A DNA stretch of 63,989 nucleotides, filler included, from Perkinsus olseni (taxonomy: Eukaryota), in NCBI GenBank assembly GCA_013115125.1. It is 5 parts of 5 records of this genome, joined end to end, with 100 filler letters (N's around TTAATTAATTAA, not from the genome) between each part and the next. Parts side by side here need not be neighbours in the genome. Positions count along the whole stretch, not along the records: positions 53,899 to 63,989 come from JABANN010000897.1; 4 more parts are not named here. One strand, 5' to 3'. This document shows positions 58,301 through 63,989 of the stretch, in pieces (positions within the stretch are counted from its first letter, which is position 1; the number at the start of each line of letters is the position of its first letter). The notes under the pieces are model-generated. The model searched no databases and was not told where the DNA came from. It was given only the letters and a program-made list of their open reading frames with translations. The translations under genes were made by a program, and so were the position numbers.

Positions 58301-59130
58301 GGTTTGCATACTCCATCCCCACGTGATATTTCTTTCCCTTAGTATCGTACAACTCTGCGATCTCTGCATTTCCTACTCCAGCAGCCCTGCCCCTTTGAAG
58401 ATGATGAGATGCTCGTAGCACAGGATTCACTCGAGTACCTATCCAGGGTCGCCTGAATTTTAATATCAGTGCTCAGTCTCTAATTTCTAAGGACCTCGGA
58501 TCACTGACCCTTGAATAGTTTCGAGCCATTAATGCAGCTGAGCTTCTGTGTGGTAGGTTCGTCCTGAAGCTCTGCAGTGAAGGATATTACACTGGAGAAG
58601 GTATTGATAACGAATCACAAAAGCAGATTATTTATTGTCAGGTGAACATGTCCCGACACCGGAAGGTATACTGACCGGTGAGGAGAGGCTGGAAAGGCAA
58701 CACGTTGACAGCATGCTACGGGTAAATCTGTTGTGCTCGGCCTCAGTTACTCTCATCGACCTGTCAGATGTACGACGGTCATTTGGCTGACGTCCTCCGT
58801 AAGCGTCCGATGAATACGGAAAAATGCGGAATGTAGTTGTCGGTCAGTCGTGTCGTTTGTTGTCATGGTTCTCAGGTATTTCTGGGAATTCTTTGAGATG
58901 TTCATGTATCTATGCGATTCCATCAAAAGCAGCGTCGCGATCCATGATGCTATACCGAGGACCTTAGGAACTCTAATGGCAATGCTGGACCACATGACCT
59001 CACACGGGATTCAGTTACCAAGGTCAGTGTCATCAGGCGTCTCAGAGAGCGGATTTACATTAAATTACAGGATTTACGATGATGGTAGGGACATTTTTTT
59101 TGACTAAGCCGTTTTTCGGCGTTGGACTTA
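55325..59130 (+). CDS. Large multi-exon hypothetical protein (3' end approximate)
   Basis: Start MRLTVKVMDVQFDIEVGKGQQQARWLGLVAASR, then many GT-AG-bounded exons (FAFDK/DWEKLKL, DVLIEFYEALIDLFDSYA, VLRYFWEFFEMFMYLC). Confidence 0.55.
56085..56126 (+). pseudogene. Orphan tRNA 3' half (Thr-TGT-like)
   Basis: TGTAA-GCAAG-AGAGGTC-CCTGGTTCAAATCCTAG-TGACGGC-A matches anticodon loop to discriminator; no 5' half upstream; T stem mismatched. Confidence 0.55.
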
Positions 59131-60037
59131 AAACTCACACACACATTCGGCTTTCTTTCAGTCTGGAGGAAACTATCACTGAACCAAGCGAGGAGGAGGA
59201 GGTTGAAGAGGCAGCAGACGGGGATGAGAATGAGAAAATCTCGTGAAGTGCAAGCATGCATGAGCTTCCAGTGTATGCTTAGCTTGTTGAGTTTCACAAG
59301 TCGGTGTCACTTAGACTCTAGTTGATGCAGGCCGTGGGTTCAGACAGGTTGGGCCTGCGCGGGGGACGTGGCTATTCTTAGACGTGATGGACATTCCCTG
59401 GACCTTACTGGAGCCTTCTGAGACACACTTCACCAGCATACACAACCGGCTGTATCCTCGATTTGCACCTCCCAGCACTCCGCGTCGCTCCCTGCTCGCC
59501 AAAGAAAATGTTTAAAGGAGTTTTGCCGGGTTTGAATGGTCTGCTTTTGCGGGAAGCCTGAGGCGGAGGTTTCAATATGATCACAATACCATCATTCTAT
59601 ATCAACTTGTCAATTGAGCCCTCGAGTACTCAATTATGAAGGAAATTCTCACCGATGTGTACCGACTCACTCTAATTGGGACGTGGTTGCACACAGCGTC
59701 GAAGGTTTTCCCAGACTCAAACCGCCATAACTAGCCACAGAGGCGTCAGAGGCCAATTTGCGTCGCACTATGAAAAGACGAGTTGATTATTTGCCACCTC
59801 AGCTATCTCAAGGATATCACCCAGTGTCCAATAAAATTGGTTCGGATGTAGCGTATGGTTCATCATCGATGGAATAGTCGTATAGACAAATGTTGCGGTC
59901 TAAGGTTAAACAAAGACAAAGATCAATGTCCTACACAGTCCTCATTCGGTTGAGATGTGGCGAAGAAGTGGTATGGAAGCGAGGAGAAAATATTTCGAAC
60001 CAGTCATCAGGAGGTCACGGCGCTCTTTTATCTCATT

Positions 60038-60109
60038 GACCTCGTGGCGCAATGGAAGCGCGTCGGTTTCCGGAGCCGAAGGTTGCGGGTTCAAGTCCCG
60101 CCGGGGTTA
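60038..60109 (+). tRNA. tRNA-Arg (CCG)
   Basis: Acceptor GACCTCG/CGGGGTT, D arm GCGC/GCGC, anticodon stem TCGGT/GCCGA with loop TT-CCG-GA, T arm GCGGG-TTCAAGT-CCCGC, followed by TTTT. Confidence 0.93.
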
Positions 60110-60585
60110 TTTTAGTGAGCGATGAATCCGCGTTTTTCGAGAAGACGTCAGCGACGTTGAGAGGTTGATGCACGCTCGACTCTGCGTCCATCAACTTCTG
60201 CTCCAGTGATCCTCACGTGTAACCCCTTTACATATGTGATCGAACTTAGTCGACTGGGTGGTGTGGAGAGGACCTGAGGCTTCAAGGTCTCCACCCAAAG
60301 CCCCAGTCACGGGACAGGAACCCGGCTAACTGATACACCGCTCACACGGGTCCGTCCCGTCACCCAGCCAACTAGAAAAGAAATCTTGCTTATCACCTCA
60401 ATCTTTTGGTGTAAGACCTCTAAACTCCTGTAACAATCACCGCGATCCAGTCTCGCTCGCCCGACCGAATCACTTTCGCTTCAGTTGACCCTAGTCTCTA
60501 GCGAGACTCTCCAAGAAGAGGTTCAAGTCCCGCCGGGGTTATTTTAGTGAGCGATGAATCCGCGTTTTTCGAGAAGACGTCAGCG
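60088..60585. mobile_element. 366-bp insertion (60154-60519) flanked by a 66-bp direct repeat (60088-60153 = 60520-60585)
   Basis: Identical GGTTCAAGTCCCGCCGGGGTTATTTTAG...GAAGACGTCAGCG at both positions, 432 bp apart. Confidence 0.75.
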
Positions 60586-62426
60586 TGCAAGAACTTCCAA
60601 CAAAAAAACCGATTCATAAGCGGAAACAAAATCAATTCGGAACCCACCACTTTCACATTCAGCACTGAAGCTGCAGCCGATGGAGTTGAGCGTCTTGTGG
60701 ACTCTCTGTGCCATTCGACTGTCCCGGCAAAACCCAGCCACCGGGTGACGGTAGTCTAAGTTTACACGGAGCATCGACCGGAGTAGCGACGTCGGGATGA
60801 GGTCTAAGGAGTCTAACACCGCTGCTGACCACGCAATCCATGACATGTTGGTGTTCCGCAGTGAAACCCTGGAGAGGTCATTAATTACTTGACGTATCAG
60901 CTGAGACGATCCAGATAGAAGCGCCACTTGACAAAGCATATCCACACAATCTTGCAGGACATCAACATGAGGCTTGGTAGCACGCATGCTGGCGAGGATC
61001 ATCATCCCCACGTCATGCACAGGAAGTCGGAGTGCGAGATCCGCCCGACAGAGAGACATCAAGGCCATCAAAGCATCCTGATGGTTTGGCGGCTCAGACA
61101 AGCGGGCTAGCACATCAGCAGCAACCTGCTCCGACGGGCGACGATTGCAAGTAGTCATAAATCCAACCGAAGCGAATAGATCCTCCGTCGACATCTCCTC
61201 ATGTAACTCATCAAGCTTACCCACCGCAATCTTCCAGAGACCCACACCATCGAAGTTACATGCAAAGAGATAATGAATTAGCGACAAAACAGCCTCGCCG
61301 TTGGGGACCAATCTTCCAGGATCTTTCTCGATGCACCCTTCGACCTTGGCCATAACCTCTGTCGGAAAGTACCGCATTTTCACCAACTTGATAATGAGCA
61401 GATGGAAACTCCTGTGACTGACGTTTGACAAATCGATAAGCTCCGGAATGCTCCTCGCGAGATGTTCAATCTCCTTCGTTGCTTTACCCAGGGGGTAGCC
61501 CGCCGACACCGAGCCCAACACACCAATACGATCTTCCCCACTGCCGGGCAGCCTGGCGTCACTCGCCGCAACAGCTATCGACCTCCACAGACCATTGGAG
61601 ACGTGGTTGAGGAAGGCCAGCGAGAAGCCCAGCGCTATCTGCTTCAGTTGGAGTAAATTGGACCGAGAGAGATCCTGAGCCAGTAGGAAATCTTCCAACT
61701 TCGCAAAGTTGCGATCGAGCTCCGCAGTGCCGATAGCGTTTTGCGTCTGACCAAGCCTCGCCAAAGATATACACGAGATAGCGGCACTGTGGACATCCCA
61801 GCCGTTGGCTGAGCCGCCGAGGGTCAAGTCCAACCTCCGCACATCAGCAGCTTTGGAATGCGCCCGCGCCAGGGCGTTGAGGATCATTGCGGTCGTCTTG
61901 CCATCGCCGGACGATATCGAATCGACAATTTTACCCCAAATTCTGTCGATCCATGCATCATTCCCTTCCGCGTAGATCCGTGAGAACTGTGCCCAGGAGG
62001 CGGCTGGGACATCGTCACGGTTTGCTATCTCCTCCATGATGAGGAAGTGGGTATCTTCGTCCGTAGGAGGGACGAGTTGGGCGATTTGCGCTATTGATTT
62101 TGGCGTCATCGTCGGCAACGACTCTGGCAGGCGCTGCACGAGGCCCCTGGTAATCTGACAAAACAATAGGATCTCGCGAGAAACCACTGACCAGCAGCGG
62201 AGGTCGCGAGTTCGACCCCCAGGGTGGGTATTATTACGCCATTAATATGTTTCCTCAAACTCGAGTGAATCTTCTCTTTACTCCGTCCCAAAGCCGATAC
62301 CAACACAACCGCATCATCAATCGGTATCGCGTGGAGGTTCTTCTCGATGTGATCGAAGAATACCCGATAAGCTTCCCTGGTGACCAAAGGGCGATGGACC
62401 GTCGCCGCCGAGGACCACATCGCCAA
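60580..62426 (-). CDS. Helical-repeat protein with partial C-terminal RAP-like domain
   Basis: 535-aa ORF plus upstream ORF 62106-62426; helical repeats (TAMILNALAR, AAISCISLARLG); C-terminus LNSIGCSFSAECESGGFRIDFV..LLEV resembles the first half of RAP. Confidence 0.6.
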
Positions 62427-62827
62427 CTCCTGAACGACAAAATCAGAGGACGAAAATAGGGACGGGGAAGGGAGAGATGATGATGATGGTGACTGCCACT
62501 GACTATGCTCGTCTACGTGCTGACAATATTAATATCGTAAACAACAGAGCCCATGCATTACGGTAGAGCTGATAGAGCGATAGTCTGAATGACGTGTCCA
62601 TGTATTTGTAGCATCAGCATTTGTCATTGTATTTTCAGCTCGTGTAGAGCCCACGCCCTCTAACGAGTGCTTTGCTTTACTACTATGATGCGTGTCCTCT
62701 TTGAACGGAAGGGAAGTGTACATAACCTTATAATATTAGTCTGATGACAGAGCTCATGTGTGAGTACTATCTAATAATGAAAGTAATAGATCATGGCAGC
62801 ATTGATAGCTAGTATTCGACTAAGGTC

Positions 62828-63560
62828 TCACTCATGTCCGAGATTAGCGAGAGTTGTGGTAGTCAATCTGGTGCTGTAAACCGAGGCAGGCGCAGATCGA
62901 CAGAGACAGCGATATTCTCGCGAGCAAGTCATACTTCCACGAGCAATTGCCGTGGTTGCTGTGGAATAAGGTAGAGACCAGAAAAGCCCACAGGAAGCCT
63001 CAGTCAGGTGACGGAAGGACACGCAGATTGATACAAGCTGCGATTCCATAGTTCTCACCTTCCCCGTCCACTGGTGCAGTTTCGAGTAGAAGTGAGTGGC
63101 GGCCACTGCTGTCAACGCGTCCCTCGCATACTTGTTGTCTTCGGGGAGATGGGCACCCAAGAAGTGACAAAGTACAGCAGCCTCGCTCGGTCGAAGCTCA
63201 GCAGCCTGACATCATGTAAGGTACGTTTGTATCGCTGGTCCTATCTTGCTCTGATGAGAAGCTGCGCAATCGTTGATGATGCTGAGACAGATCTTAGATC
63301 CCAAAAGGCATAACCCTGCTGTTGTGTCCACAATCAGCCAATATCTTCGCAACGGATAAGACCGCTCGATGACGGGTATAATCATGTATGATCCTCACCG
63401 AGGAAGCAAGACGGCGTGCGATTGCCGTCCAGTCCTTCTCCGATCCTCGTTGCTGCTGCTGCTGCTGCTCGCCTCGTGATCTCAGAATAAGAGCATCCCG
63501 ACACAGCTGGCATTCTCGACCGAGACGAGCGTAGAATGAGGACTCTGAAGATTCGCCCAC
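62828..63560 (-). CDS. Hypothetical protein, multi-exon (approximate)
   Basis: Minus ORFs 63294-63560 and 62828-63160 with splice-like junctions. Confidence 0.35.
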
Positions 63561-63989
63561 CTGATAAGGCGTTATGCTACATCAGTTGTCGACCATTACT
63601 CACATGCTTAGCGATTCGCCTGCCATCCGACCCGGGTTCGATCCTCGCACCCTGCCTCCCCTTCGTTGATGCATGTGCCAAAATTCTCCGACTCATTAAC
63701 GGAAAAAAAGAAACCACGCGAGAAATTACCACTCAGTTCGACTGAGCTGATAATAGCGAGGAACAGAAAGGACGTTTGCAGCGTCTACATAACAGAATCG
63801 AGCTGTGGTCATACTAGCCTCGCCATCAACACCCTACAGTAACAGTATATTAGCCTCTATGTCGTTCACTGTCCATTCTTCTTGTGTTCTGCTGCCCCTA
63901 CTAAACCCGTCCACATAATTATATCACATGAAGTTTTTTTCTAATTTCTCCGTAGCGATTGTGACTCAGGGCCCGAAACTTGGTGTATG

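Noticed and set aside
60325-60345. Hammerhead ribozyme in the insert
   Set aside because: CTGATAC rather than CTGANGA and no correctly placed GAAA core.

Overview
Eukaryotic, intron-rich protist DNA. Short GT-AG introns, trinucleotide-SSR-rich versus SSR-poor segments and lineage-specific secreted families suggest an alveolate, most likely Perkinsus (inference from sequence style, not a database result). The window is five unrelated scaffolds joined by artificial N-TTAATTAATTAA-N linkers; the three complete ones are 13395, 13386 and 13315 bp. Recognisable genes: trehalose-6-phosphate phosphatase, a secreted 2x8-Cys protein, an FHA/RING-CH protein, a divergent actin-related protein, an intronless equilibrative nucleoside transporter, a RyR-repeat protein, a bacterial-type L-lysine 6-aminotransferase fused to a LOR/SDH linker-like domain, a cyclophilin, a GH30 glycosidase, a RAP-like protein, tRNA-Gln(CTG) and tRNA-Arg(CCG). 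Mobile DNA: one near-complete MULE/SWIM transposase, a second MULE fragment and a Ty3/Gypsy gag-pol. Most notable: (1) a 366-bp hairpin-rich insert flanked by a perfect 66-bp duplication starting in the T-arm of tRNA-Arg, plus an orphan tRNA 3' half nearby; (2) the aminotransferase-LOR/SDH fusion; (3) lipobox-like signal peptides in two secreted proteins. Exon boundaries were inferred by eye and are approximate.
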